From positions 27,404,001 through 27,468,000 of the forward strand of contig NC_086117.1 in NCBI RefSeq assembly GCF_963921235.1: a stretch of DNA of 64,000 bases, written 5' to 3'. The stretch comes from Mobula hypostoma. Its lineage: Eukaryota. Below are positions 14,401 to 28,190 of the stretch, one piece after another. Under the pieces are notes generated by a model. That model made no database searches, was not told the origin of the DNA, and saw nothing but the letters and a program-made list of their open reading frames with translations. Position 1 is the first letter of the stretch. Each line of letters opens with the position of its first letter. A program made the translations under genes and the position numbers.

Positions 14401-15765
14401 TAGACCAGTGAGTCTTACCTCAGTGGTTGGTAAGTTGATGGAGAAGATCCTGAGAGGCAGGATTTATGAACATTTGGAGAGGCATAATATGATTAGGCAT
14501 GGCTTTGTCAAGGGCAGGTCGTGCCTTACAAGCCTGATTGTATTTTTTGAGGATGTGACTAAGAACATTGATGAAGGTAGAGCAGTAGATGTAGTGTATA
14601 TGGACTTTGGCAAGACATTTGACAAGGTACCCCATGCAAGGCTTATTGAGAAAGTAAGGAGGCATGGGATCCAAGGAGACATTGCTTTGTGGATCCAGAA
14701 ATGGCTTGCCCATAGAAGGCAAAGAGTGGTTGTAGATGGATCATATTCTGCATGGAGGTCGGTGACCAGTGGTGTGCCACCGGGATCTGTTCTGGGACCC
14801 CTACTCTTCGTGATTTTGATAAATGACCTGGATGAGGAATAGTAAATTTGCTGATGACACAAAGGTTGGGGGTGTTGTGGATAGTGTAGAGGGCTGTCAG
14901 AGGTTACAGCGGGACATTGATAAGATGCAAAACTGGGCTGAAAAGTGGCAGATGGGAGTTCAACCCAGATAAGTGTGAGGTGGTTCATTTTGGTAGGTCA
15001 AATATCATGGCAGAATATAGTATTAATGGTAAGACTCTTGGCAGTGTGGAGGATCAGAGGGATCTTGGGGTCTGAGTCCATAGGACACTCAAAGCTGCTG
15101 CGCAGGTTGACTCTGTGGTTAAGAAGGCATACGGTGCATTGATCTTCATCAACTGTGGAATTGAGTTTAAGAGCCGAGAGGTAATGTTATAGCTATATAG
15201 GACCCTAGTCAGACCCCACTTGGAGTACTGTGCTCAGTTCTGGTCGCCTCACTACAGGAAGGATGTAGAAACCATAGAACGGGTGCAGAGGAGATTTACA
15301 AGGATGTTGCCTGGATCAGGGAGCACGCCTTACAAGAGTAGGTTGAGTGAACTTGGCCTTTTCTCCTTGGAGTGACGGAGGATGAGAGGAGACCTGATAG
15401 AGGCTTATAAGATGATGAGAGGCATTGATCACGTGTATAGTCAGAGGCTTTTTCCCAGGGCTGAAATGGCAGCATGAGAGGGCACAGTTTTAAGGTGCTT
15501 GGAAGTAGGTACAGAGGAGATGTCAGGGGTAAGTTGTTTTATTTTAAAAAACGCAGAGAGTGGTGAGTGTGTGGAACGGGCTGCTGGCAATGGTAGTGGA
15601 GATGGATGCAATAGGGTCTTTTATTAGAATCCTGGATAGGTACATGGAGCGTAGAAAAATAGAGGTCTATGGATAACCCGAGGTAATTTCTAAAGTAAGG
15701 GCATGTTCGGCACAGCTTTGTGGGCCAAAGGGCCTGTACTGTGCTGTAGGATTTTTTTATGTTAA
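11480..15765 (+). mobile_element. Near full-length decayed CR1 LINE
   Basis: ORF1 with Cys motif/coiled coil and SGNH esterase (IGDSIVR...HIGTND...DGLH); ORF2 APE and RT ([24 protein letters not shown]) with stops and frameshifts; CR1 tail. Confidence 0.93.
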
Positions 15766-16660
15766 CCCAGGTCACTGGAACAGTGAGGCAGAGTTTCAAT
15801 GACAGTGTCATTGTGCCATTCTGTTGCAGTAGTTCATATGGTTTATAATACAAAATGGGCAGAAAACTCAACCCCAGCACCAGGTACAGGCATGGCTTTC
15901 ACAGGAAACTTGAGAAATTAGGTGCTGCCAATGAATGAGATTGACCTGACCACATGGCTTTGAAATTTAAGACACTATGAATCCCTAAGGCAAGAAAGAG
16001 AAGAACAATTTTTTTTAAATCACAAATGAAAGATAAGTTGAACAAGTTTCTGGAAAAGAAACATTTAAGGTGATGGGGTTAGTCTGCAAGACATTGAAAG
16101 CTGCTGGAGCAGTGAGGCAAAATGCAGATCAGGGTAAATGACTGGTGAGCTGGAGACTGCAGGCACACTCTTAAAGGACCAAATGAAAACTCACTGGCTG
16201 AGTAGAGACTGGTATCAGGACGTAGAAAAATTGTGCTTTTCCAGACTGAGTAAGAAGGAGCAGTAATATTTTTCCTTCCTACCCAAAAATAACCCATTTG
16301 CTTCTGTTTCTTACAACAGAATCACTGACCTTCACATCACAGTAAACTTACATAGCCCGATCTTCCTACAATCTCTTCACCATGCAGGTGGAAACCTAAC
16401 TTCTGGTGTAGTCACTCCTGTACCACTCCCCACACAACATGGACCAAACCTGTCCAATCAGACTGCTGGAAAATAATGCATGCAAACCCAGAGTCCATGC
16501 ACGCACATTCCCTGACAACCATCCCTGGAAATCCTGCCGTGGTAAATTTCAGGGCCCAGATGTACAATTGAAAAAATAATCTTCTTAAATGATCAATGTT
16601 AGGAAGATGAAAGCTCTCTTGGAGACCAGCTGTACTTGCTTCAGATTGGTTATCACATAC

Positions 16661-16783
16661 CCGAGCACTTTTAATGATTTCCGTGAAGTTATCCAGAATA
16701 GATTTGATGTCATCTTTCAGTCTCTTGTTGTAGGATTGGAGCAGGATTTCCTTACTTTGAGGCAGAGTCCGTTGCTGGGACAT
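16661..16783 (-). CDS. MED22: MED22 first coding exon
   Basis: [41 protein letters not shown] then gtatgt donor; acceptor ctctcag at 16801, 17 nt before the ATG. Confidence 0.97.
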
Positions 16784-17659
16784 TCTGCTCTTGTCCTACA
16801 CTGAGAGAAGTCACAATAAAAAAGGAAGCACGTGATTAGAGCATTTTCAACACTTTCTCTGCTATCTTGTACTTTTGTTAGGTCAAACACTCTTCTACGG
16901 AGTGAGGACACTACCTTTTAATTGCTGGTGAGATTGCTCTGCTACAGAGGGGAGAATGTTGTCCATGTTTTCTGCATTGTGGATGTGGACTTGGACTGTG
17001 GGCTTTTATTTTCAGTCTTATGGCCTTTTTTGTATTCTGTGTTTCCGTCCGATCCTTCTCGTTTTTTTGTGTGCGGGTGAGGGGAACTTGGGGGTCACTG
17101 TGCTGATTCCGTTTTTGTTAGTTTTTTTTGTGTGGGGAGGAGGGATTTGGGGGTCGATTATCATGCTGCCGTCCTTTTCTTACTTGGTTTCGTGGCTATC
17201 TGGAGAAGGAAAATTTCAGACTTGCATACTCTGATAATAAATAAACCTTTGAAACATAAGTGCCTTTCACAGATGCAAGATAAGTGATCACGATTCTTGT
17301 ATAGTCATGGTCTAGAGCTGCTGACAATTGGTCACAGTAAAACTCTAGGGATGGTAATCAATGTAATAACCTAATTGCTGGATTTAATGAGTCTAATTTC
17401 AAAGATTGTAGGTTCAGTTCTAGTCTAGAGGTTTGAGAAGAGTATTCAGAGACTGCTGTGACTTCTTATGTATTAAACTGGGGTGTTTTTTTTCCCCTCT
17501 CATGTGGATGTAAACAATCTAGCAGCATTGTTTGAAAATAAGTAAGTTACGTCTAGAGTCCTACACCAGTATCCATCTCTCACACAGCTTCACTTATAAA
17601 TGTGATCTGGTTATATTACAGCAGCGTTTGTAGAAACTTACCAAATGTAAATGGCTGTC

Positions 17660-18830
17660 ATGAATAAGCTCTTCTTGGGCTTCCAGCATGTCCAGGTCTC
17701 AACTATAACCGATGTTTCTATAACAAACTCTGACATCTTCATCAGGGTTGATGCCTGGGCATGTCTATTCTGGTGGTACTTATACCCAGTAGTCCATCCC
17801 TCCTGACTGGATGAGGGCCGACCAACCAGGTTTCCGCTCTCCCATCTTGTTTACAATTTATCATATAACCATATAACAATTACAGCACAGAAACAGGCCA
17901 TCTCAGCCCTTCTAGTCCGTGCCGAACTCTTACTCTCACCTAGTCCCACCGACCTGCACTCAGCCCATAACCCTCCATTCTCTTCCTGTCCATATAGCTG
18001 TCCAATTTAACTTTAAACGACAACATTGAACCTGCCTCAACCACTTCTGCTGGAAGCTCATTCCACACAGCTACCACTCTCTGAGTAAAGAAGTTCCCCC
18101 TCATGTTACCCCTAAACTTTTGCCCTTTAACTCTCAACTCATGTCCTCTTGTTTGAATCTCCCCCACTCTCAATGGAAAAAGCCTATCCACGTCAACTCT
18201 ATCTATCCCCCTCATCATTTTAAATACCTCTATCAAGTCCCCCCTCAACCTTCCATGCTCCAAAGAATAAAGACCCAACTTGTTCAACCTTTCTCTGTAA
18301 CTTAGGAGATGAAACCCAGGTAACATTCTTGTAAATCTTCTCTGTACTCTGTCTATTTTGTTGAAATCCTTCCTATAATTTGGTGACCAGAACTGTACAC
18401 AATACTCCAAATTTGGCCTTACCAATGCCTTGTACAATTTCAACATTACATCCCAACTCCTATACTCAATGCTCTGATTTATAAAGGCCAGCATACCAAA
18501 AGCTTAATTTAACCCCAGTTCTTACTTAGAGCGAGAACTTCCATCTTTGTTAAAAACCTTTTCCTCTAAAAATTAAAGTTTTTTCAACAAAGACAGAGGT
18601 CTCGCTCTAAGGACGAACTGGAATTCAGTTGTAAACAAGGTGGGAGAGTAGAAACCTGATTGGATGAGGACTAACCAATCAGGAGGGACAGACAACAGGG
18701 GTATAAATACCACTGGACTGGACATGCCCGGATATCATCCCTGAAGAAGATGGCAGAGTTTATCGAAACATCAGTGTTTATCGAAACCTGTACCCGGCTG
18801 GAAGCCCGAGAAGAGTTTATTTGTCATATA
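17660..18830. mobile_element. Palindromic Penelope-derived element interrupted by a CR1
   Basis: Left arm 17660-17858 plus 18506-18560 is the inverse of 18575-18830; right arm encodes FNKDRGLALRTNWNSVV (Penelope ORF end) and a CTGAAGA..GAAAC motif. Confidence 0.75.
17859..18505 (-). mobile_element. 5'-truncated CR1 3' end
   Basis: Open 184-aa CR1 ORF2 C-terminus; tail with atggttat repeats. Confidence 0.92.
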
Positions 18831-20399
18831 TGGCGGGAAAGCACAAGATCCTTTTTCAAATGGGTGCCATGTTTCCCACATTACAAAACTGGCCATGCTT
18901 CAAAAGTACTTCACGGGCTGCAAACTACATTGGAGTAGGCTATAATCCTGACAGGTGCCTTACAAATGCTTTTTTCTGTTGAGAGGAAAAAATGGGAAAC
19001 CAAGCAATGCACTGAAAGTGAGGGAATGGTGCTAAATCAGGGTTGTATTATTTGCTATAGTGCCTTGAAAATTCTCAGAATGTCCCAAAGTGCTTTAAAT
19101 CCAGCAAAATACCTTTTGAAGTGCTTCAAGGTTCAAGGCAGCAGGGATGATACCCCTGTTCTGCAAAATAGTGCCATGGAACCTGAAAAATAACAGATTA
19201 CTGCAGACAGTTAGCAGATCAGGCTGCATATATGTGGAAAGGCAAACAAGCTTCACATTTCCAATTCGAGACCCTTCATAATGGCACGTTGCCTGAGATT
19301 ATGTCCATGCCTCTGCACACAGGTCTTTACTGTTCTATGAAGAACTAAGCAAAGTCAGTAGTTGACCCATGACTGAGGCTCAGTCAAAGGCCACAGAATA
19401 CATTCAGGCTGGAGGAACTATACAAGTCAGGATGCATCTATGGAGGGAAATAAACAGTTGATATTTCCAGCTGGACCTCTTCTTCAAGACCGGAAAGTGA
19501 TAGAAGTCAGAATAGGAAGGTGGGGGGGGGGGGAGGGAAGGAGTACAAGATGGCAGGTGTTGGGTGAGACGAGGCGGGGTGGGATATGTCAAAAGTTATA
19601 GGCACAAGAGCTAACGGGCTGGAGGAGGAGGAGGAATCTGATAAGGGAGCACAGTTGACCATAATATAAAGGTTAAGCATCTCAGCTCTGTGCACTTTTC
19701 AGTCAGAAACTTCCTGTGGCCACCTATTTTTGATACCATTTCCCATTTCCACACTAAACCATAGCCTCCTCTACTGACAAACTGAAACCAAACCAAGGCT
19801 GGAGGAGAAGCAATTCATATTTGGCCTGGGAAGTCTCCTTCCCCTGGTCTCCCCTATCACCTACCAGCTTGTATTCCTCTGCCTCCCCTCCCTTCTTATT
19901 TTGGCTTCTATCCCCTTCATTTCCAGTCCTGATGAAAGGTCTCAGCCCGAATTAATCGAATTATCAACTGTTTATTTCCTTCAAAAGTTGCTGCCTGGCC
20001 TGTTGAGCTCCCCCAGCGTTTTGCTGAGTGTTGTTCAAAACTCCCAGCATCTGCAGAATCCCTCATGCCATCTTCAGTTCAGTTTCTGAACTTACTACCC
20101 AAGCGTCCGGTGGATCAGAATCATTTTCATTTACATAATAGTGAAATATGTTGTTTTGCAGCAGCAGTATAGCGCAATACATAAGAAAATCACTGTAAAT
20201 TGCAAAAGCAAAAATAATAAATAAATAAAGCAGAGTAAATAATGAAATTGTGTTCATGATTTCATGGAGCATTCAGAAATATGACAGAGGGGAAGAAACG
20301 TACTTAAAATATTGAGTGTGTCTGATGGTAGTAATGAGAAGAGGGGCACCCATATCCATCTCCCCCTTTTTTCGCTAGCTTCAGAGACAGATCTCTGGT

Positions 20400-20700
20400 T
20401 CCCAACACCACCCGCCTTTCCCAGTGTTCACTCCCCGCTCTTAGGCCCGCTCACGTCGATGCGAAACTAAACACAACCCCATTACTACGGAACAACTCAC
20501 CTCGGCCCCCGCCACCACACTGCGACCACCACCAAACCTTGCTGCCATACATCCCGCCTCCCGACGTAGCTGATTGGCGTTGGGCGCTGGGTGAACCGGA
20601 AACATCGCGATGTCTATCGCTAGCCGAGCTGCCCGTTAAAAGTAGCGCGAGGTATCAAGTTCGGTTGCGCCCTGCGTGACGAACTTCATTTTGTGAAGGT
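20400..20700 (-). promoter_or_regulatory. MED22: MED22 CpG-rich promoter and non-coding exon 1 (donor after 20501)
   Basis: CpG-dense patch; minus-strand donor ccgag|gtgagt at 20501/20500; CCAAT (ATTGG), ETS-like CCGGAAA and palindrome CATCGCGATG. Start site inferred. Confidence 0.75.
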
Positions 20701-20749
20701 CACACCATGTTGGTAAGGTCCTTATGAAGGAGATGGTGGGGGAAAGAAA

Positions 20750-21500
20750 TCTACAGATAATTGACTTTATTTCTTACATCCCTCACGTACATGAGGAATA
20801 AAAATCTTTACGTTACGTCTCCCTCTGAATGTGCAAGTTATAGTAATTTGTAATAAATAGTAGGTACAGTAAAATATACAGTACAACAGAACAGTCAATA
20901 TAGTTTAGAAATACAATTGTATCAGCGTGAATTAATCAGTCTGATGGCCTGGTGGAAGAAGCTGTCCTGGAGCCTGTTGGTCCTGGCTTTTATGCTGCGG
21001 TACCATTTCCCAGATGGCAGCAGCTGGAACAGTTTGTGATTGACTTGGGTCCCCGATGATCCTTTGGGCCCTTTTTACACACCTGTCTTCTGTCCGCACC
21101 ACTCTCTGCAGAGTCCTGCGATTGAGGGAAGTACAGCTCCCATACCAGGAGGTGATGCAGCCAGTCAGGATGCTCTCAATTGTGCCCCTGTAGAAAGTTC
21201 TTGGGATTTGGGGACTCAAGCCAATCTTCTTCAGCTGTCTGAGATTGTGTGTTTTTCGCCACACAGCAATACTTAAAGACCAAGTGAGGTCCTTGGTGAT
21301 GTAGATGCTGAAGAACTTAAAGCTGTTCATCCTCTCAACCCCAGATCCATTGATGTCAATAGGATTTAGCCTGTCTCCATTCCTCCTGTAGTCCACAATC
21401 AGCTCCTTTGTTTAAGTGACATTGAGGGGGAGGTTGTTTTCTTAACACCACTGTGTCAGGGTGATGACTTCTTCCCTGTAGGCTGCCTCATTATTGATGC
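20750..21500 (-). mobile_element. Rex1/L2-like LINE 3' end
   Basis: VDYRR...INGSGVERMNSFKF...FYRGTIESILTGCITSWYG. Confidence 0.8.
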
Positions 21501-21649
21501 CTCTCAACGGGGCTCCCAAGGTGCAATGTCTTCTGGACATTGTAGTCGCTGTCGGCAAGAGTTACGGGGGCCTGGTGGTTTGCACCACCTGTAATATGAC
21601 TGAAGGGAAATTCAGACTTGCGTGATAGTTTGGAATGGATTTTGGCATA

Positions 21650-24400
21650 ATATAAAAGGAAAATGAGTCGGGGGGGTGGTTGGGGAGGAGGAGGGTCGCC
21701 GGCTGAAAGACATTCGGACTGGGGTAGAAGATGCCGTACGTTTCAAGATAATGATTACTTTCATGTCTAATTGTGACAAAAATCTTTACCTTGACAAAGT
21801 TTACGCAGAAAGATTGGGGAAAGTAAAATTAGCAATATGTCTTAGCAAGGCTAGGGTGTTGATTACACATGCTGATATAAAACAACAGGAGAAAATACTG
21901 AAAGTGAAGACTCTGGACCAGAATAAAATTGTTAGTAGGGGGTAAAATGAAGGCTTGGGGTGTTCTTTCAGGTGAACCTCTCTGTGTATCTGTGGAGGAT
22001 ATTAGGGACAATCTGGTCCCTTAAGTTGTTTTGGCAAAGAGATTACAGGCCTGGGGGTGGGGGGGAAATGTGATAGCTAATCTGCTCTGTTGAGTTTTTC
22101 TGGTGAAGTGCTGCTGTGAAAAAATCTATTTCGGCTGTATCAGTTATTCAGTCAGAAAGTATGACCCTCCTCCGTTGCGGTGTTTTAAGTGCCAACGAGT
22201 GGGACACGTTGCTGCTTCTTGCAGGCGGAAATGTGGAAGAGAACGTGAATATGGGAATTGTGAAGTTGGCGTTGGGGCAAGATGCGGTGCTCACAGTGCT
22301 GCTTATTTAAGATGCCCTGTTTTACAAAAGGCTTTGGAAATTCAGAAGGTGAGGTTAGCACATAACATTTCCTACGCTGAAGCTGTGAGATTTGATTCCT
22401 CTACATCTGTAGGGTGTTGGGTTAAGACAGGCACTTACAAGGTTTCAGATGGGGGAAGATCATGAAGTGAGGTTCTATAGGTGGGGAGTGGGGGAGGTGA
22501 AGTATCTAGTGAGGTATTGATTAAAAGATAGATTTTCTTGCATTTCTGTGTGCTGTGGTTAATGGAACACTACTGGTAGGAAAGAAGTCTGATAAACTCA
22601 GGATAGTGGTGGGTAGAGCGTCAAAGTATTTGGGTTAGTGGGAATTACTCCTGAACAGGTAAATGAATTGCTTAGGAGGGAAGATTTGGGGAATGACAGT
22701 AAAGGGAATGGACTGATGGTGAACAGTGATTGTACACAAAGTGCTACACAGTGATCTTCTCTGTTAAACTTACAGTTCTTCATTGGAATGCGAGAAGTCT
22801 GTTCACCAACAGACGGGGACTTAAAGAGTATGTCTTAGGTTTTGGTATTCCCTTGAGTGGTACTTGTGTGCAAGAATCAATCACAATTATCGTTTGAGAT
22901 TCTGGGTTATGAGCTGAGGGAGGAGGCTGTGCCACCTTTGTGCAGGACGGTTTGTTGTACAGAAGCTTGTCTTCTCCAGAAAATACCGAATGTGTAATTA
23001 TTGAATGGTTGTATTTACAGGGTGGGAATTGTGAACTTTTATAATCCAGGTCAGGAACTGTCTGTGGAAGGATTGGGAAAAATGGCAGGAAAATATTCTG
23101 GTAAAATTATTTTTTGTGGTGACTTTAATGCAGAGTGATTTGCAGGGCAGTAAGATTACAGTGCCAGTGAAACAGTAGTAGAGGAATTTTCGGAAGAATA
23201 TAATTTAATTTGTTTAAATGATGGAAGAAAGACAAGGATGGATATTGCTAAAGGTGGGGGCTCTTGTCTGGACTTGACTCTTATCCCTGCTCCACTTGCA
23301 GTTGTGATGTAATGACTGATGGTATGGGGAATGATCATTTCCCAGCCCTGTGTACTGTAGGGATGAAAGTTCACTGTCAGAATTTGGATTCTGGTACTAA
23401 ATGGTGTTTTAGGAGGGCAAACTGGGAAAAATTTCTGTTGAGTGGAGAAACCATTTTATCAATTATCTCCAGGAGACACCATTGTCACCCAGTTCGGATA
23501 GGGCCCAAGTGCAGAGTGAGAGACACTGACGCGGGTCAATAGTTCACAGACATAAATGCAAACAGTGTTAAAGGGAAAATAAAACAATAAACACTAGGCC
23601 AAACAGGGCCATCAACTAAAACTCTCAAATGGAAAATATAACCTATACTGTGGCTGAAAAGAACAACTAGGAATAAAACGAGTACCACTAGTCTTCAGAG
23701 TCAGTTGACTCGACAGTCTAATTTCTCAGGGAAGACAGAATGCAGGCACCAAAGCGTTTCTGTGTCCAAGTGTCAACAAATACTACGACGGAATGAACGG
23801 AGTTAAATACTATCACAACAAAATAATAATTAGCTGACATGTGCATATTCACGAGTGCAACTGCCAAATCTGCGGTTGCATCAGCCATAGAAGGAGACTA
23901 TCGGAGTATAATTTCTAGTTCGTGTGGGGCAGTCCATCAGGCCATTCCTCTGGTGTCTCAGAGAGCTGGTAAGAAATGTGTTCCTTGGTGGACACAAGAA
24001 TGTACTAATTCTATCAGAGACTGGAGATGGGCTTTTTGCATTTTGAAATGTAGATTAACGCAAGAAGCCTTGAAGAACTTTCAGAAGAAAACAGATGGCA
24101 AGGAGAGTTATTAGGAATGCTAAGAGAGCAGCTCAACAATTGGGAGGGAAACTGGTCTGACGGTGCTGTGGAGAATCTAAAGAAAATAAATGGTGTCACA
24201 GGTTACATCCAGATTCCAGTGTTAGTGCAGAATAGAAACTTGGCTACAACGGTCATAGAAAAGGAAAACATGTTCGCAAAGACATATGGACTAGTCAATT
24301 TAGGGGATAATATATTCAAATTCAAATGCAGAAAAACTAGTAACACTTGGCCATCATAAACTATAATGCTCTCAAATTCGTACGGCTGCAATGGTGAAAG
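21650..24400 (+). mobile_element. Old I-group (Nimb-like) LINE, ORF1 plus endonuclease region
   Basis: Zinc knuckle PLRCFKCQRVGHVAASC; APE motifs CGDFNA and NDHFP; KKCVPWWTQEC; heavily disrupted, with an unrelated insert at ~23480-23880. Confidence 0.7.
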
Positions 24401-25963
24401 TGCAAATAAAGTATTAGAATACCAGAATTAAATGCTCAGAATCAGGTTTAGTATCACTGGCATATGTCGCGAAATCTGTTGTTTTGCAGCACCGTTAAAT
24501 TGCAGTACATAATTTTAAAAAGCCATCAATTACAAAAAGAAATATATACTAAAACTTAAAGTAAGTAGTGCAAAAGAGAGCAAATGAAAAACAGTGAGGT
24601 AGTGTTCATGGGTTCATTGTCCATCTGATAGCAGATGGGAAGAAACTATTCCTGAAATGTTGAGTGTGTCTCTGCAGGTGTGTGTGTTCTCCCCTCTGAC
24701 AGCAGCAATGAGAAGAGGGCATGTCCTGGGTGATGACGGTCCTTAATGGTGGATGCCACCTTCTTCAGATGAATACTTTATACGTTATTGTCGCCGAACG
24801 ATTGATACTAGAACGTACAATCATTTCAGCGATATTTGATTCTGTGCTTCCCGCTCCCTGGATTACAAATATTAAATACTAAAAATATTAAAAAGATTTT
24901 CCTCATATGGGTTAAAATTCCAATATCGAAATCCAAGTATGTATCAAAGTGGAACTGTGGGTAGGTACAATCCTTGACAATGGATCCTAAAGAAGATATT
25001 TATCCCACAGATTAATACTGGTTGGAAACTATCTATCTAGCTCAGAACTTACCAGAGGAATAAATGAATGACAAAATTAAGTTGTATTTGATGTTGTTTT
25101 ATTATAACTCTACAAAGTAATACAGGTCCTGTAGTAACAAAGTCTGTCCTTTTACCTAAAACTGACTAGAATGACAAAATCCACCAGGAACAAAGATTTA
25201 CAAACATTATTTACAATCAGCCTGAAAAATAATTGCTTCACTTAGCTAGAAGGATTACTTTGTCCACGCTGCAACCTCTCAATCTTTTATGTTCATTTTA
25301 AAGAAACTTGGAAACAGTTGCACCATTCTATCCTGAATTTGTCCATTTTTTTCTCTTTGAATGGCTTCTGTAGAATGATTTCAGACGATTACTCACCGAG
25401 CTAACCTGCTATCCATTATCTTTCTATGAATGAGGTGCCTATGTTCTGAAGAAAGGATTCTACACAATTACAAAAATATATCTTCATAGTTCTTCTGAGG
25501 CATCTCTGAAGTCTACTGGCTACCAGCTTTTATCAATCAATTTGCAGATGTGAATGCATTTGGCAGGGTCCATCCCTAACTCACCCCAAACAAGCTGTTA
25601 GATGGCCAAGCTGGTAGGCCTGTGTAATGTTGCTGCTTTGACTCCAGGATGATGACATAAGGACAGAATATTTTCAATTACGATGCTGTGTGGAGGTGGA
25701 CTTTCAACTGGTATTTTCATGGACCTGATTACCCGTGTCCTTTTTTGGACCAGAGAAGGTGTTGAATCATTTGCCAATTTCTTTACTGTATCCTGTAGAT
25801 CATACAATCTGCAGCCTTTACGTGCCATCTGCAATTTCTTAAGCTTGTTAGTGTATAATTTGTGAACTTTCCCCTCAAGTTCAGCCAAACTCTTATAAAA
25901 TGGCAACTGCAAGGTCCCGAGTGCTATTCTCCTTCAGCAAAACGTTGCACTTTGGCAACAGTA

Positions 25964-26129
25964 TCAGGATTTCAGTTGCTCTCCAGAGCTCGTTGTGTCC
26001 TTAGAAACATCTCCTTCAGCTGGATCTCCAGGTTTATCATTCACTACTTCTGTCAGGATTTCCAGAGAGCCATCACCAACCACACGCTGAACCTTTTCTC
26101 CTCTCGCAGCCAGTATTTCTTCAATATTC
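25964..26129 (-). CDS. DNLZ: DNLZ exon 3
   Basis: (K)NIEEILAARGEKVQRVVGDGSLEILTE...QLKS*; atcag acceptor, phase 2; joined CDS is 173 aa. Confidence 0.95.
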
Positions 26130-26776
26130 CTGATGGCATCAATCAGAGGGAAATTTGTTCAAAATGGTGCCTATTAATACATTTAATAATAATATGTGCC
26201 AAGATAACCTTGAGTGGGGCTAGAAGGTGAAAGATAATTGGGCCACATTGAGTTTGGATTGCTTTAAAGTTATACTTCAATTTTATATTTATCAATTGAA
26301 TAGTAAACTGAAACAGAACAAGATTTTATTTTGCATTTCAGACAAAGAAACTGGGTTATACAAAACTGTCACTGCCTCCAGGGTGTAATTAATAGGTGAT
26401 TTGTTTCCAGTACTTGTCAGCAAGGACATAGAGAAACTAAGAGTAAATCATCGATAGATGCCTTGCGTTGGACAACAAGACCCTGCAGAGGATAGTAAAA
26501 ACTGCTGAGAGGATCATGGAACCTTCCTCCCCCCAATTTGTGACAGTTACCAGGAGCACTGCAGACGAAGGGTCCAAGACATTGTTGAGGATCTCACCAC
26601 CCATCGCACAATCTCTCTGACCTGCTACCGTTAGGAGGAGGTATAGGATCAGCAGGACGAGGACTGACAGACTGGACGGCAACTTCTTCCCCCAGGCTGT
26701 GAGACTAATGAACACCCTGCCACCGGTGAGGTCATATCACTGTTTACTGTTACCTGTGCAGTGCACTTCACATGTA

Positions 26777-28190
26777 CAAACCCCATTTCCAGAAAAGTTG
26801 AGATGTTTTCCAAAATGCAATAAAAACAAAAATCTGTGATACGTTAATTTACGTGATCCTTTATTTAACTGAAAAAGTACAAAGAAAAGATTTTCAATAG
26901 TTTTACTGACCAACTTAATTGTATTTTGTAAACATACACAAATTTAGAATTTGATAGCTACAACACACTCAACAAAAGTTGGGACAGAGGCATGTTTACC
27001 ATTGTGTTACATCACCTTTCCTTTTAATAACACTTTTTAATCGTTTTGGAACTGAGGATACTAATTGTAGTAGATTTGCAACTGGAAATTTTGTCCATTC
27101 TTGCTTGATATAAGACTTCAGCTGCTCAACAGTCCATGGTCTCCGTTGTCTGATTCTCCTCTTCATGATACGCCATACATTTTCAATAGGAGATAGATCT
27201 GGACTGGCAGCAGGCCAGTCAAGCACAACGCACTCTGTGTCTACAAAGCCACGCTGTTGTAGCCCGTGCAGAATGTGGTCTGGCATTGTCCTACTGAAAT
27301 AAGCATGGACGTCCCGGGAAGAGACGTCGCCTTGATGGCAACATCTGTCTCTCTAAGATCCTGATATACGCCTCAGAGTCAATGGTACCTTCACATACAT
27401 GCAACTCACCCATGCCGTGGGCACTGATGCACCCCCATACCATCACAGATTCTGGCTTTTGCAGCTTTCGCTGATAACAATCTGGATGGTCGTTTTCATC
27501 TTTGGCACGGAGAACTCGACGCCCGTTTTTTCCAAAAACTAGCTGAAATGTGGACTCATCTGACCACAGCACACGGTTCCACAGTCTTTCGGTCCATCTG
27601 AGATGAGCTCGGGTCCAGAGAACTCGCCAACGATTCTGCATAGAGTTGATATATGGCTTCCTCCTTGCGTAATCCAGGTTCAAGTTGCATTTCTGGATGC
27701 AGCGACGGACTGTGTTGAGTGACAATGGTTTTCCAAAGTACTCCCAATCTTGCGTTGAGAAATGTTCCTTTTGAACTGACTAACAATTCTCTCACGAATT
27801 TTGGCACAAAGGGGTGAGCCACGACCCATCCTTGCTTGCAAAGACTGAGCCTTTGATGGACGCTACTTTTATACCCAGTCATGATACCTCACCTGCTACC
27901 AATTAACCTGCTTAATGTGGAGTCTTCCAAACTGGTGTTACTTGAATATTCTGTGCACTTTTCAATCTTATTTTAACTCTGTCCCAACTTTTGTTGAGTG
28001 TGTTGCAGCCATCAAATTCTAAATTTGTGTATATTTTAAAAAATACACTTAAGTTGGTCAGTAAACTATTGAAAATCTTTTCTTTGCACTTTTGTCAGTT
28101 AAATAAAGGTTCACGTGAATTAACATATCACAGACTTTTGTTTTTATTGCATTTTGGAAAATATCCCAACTTTTCTGGAAATGGGGTTTG
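26777..28190 (-). mobile_element. Tc1 DNA transposon (IR/DR type), defective, in DNLZ intron 2
   Basis: ~213-bp TIRs (26777-26989, 27977-28190) with internal AAAAGTTG direct repeats and TA TSD; transposase motifs WSDEST, DNARPH, SPDLSPIENVW; N-terminal deletion and a stop near 27291. Confidence 0.95.

Noticed and set aside
23483-23880. Possible solo LTR (TG...CA) inside the I-group LINE
   Set aside because: No TSD identified; kept only as an unclassified insert.
25430-25495. ATGA..AA..GA pattern as a SECIS in the DNLZ 3' UTR
   Set aside because: Helix II above the putative GA quartet does not pair.
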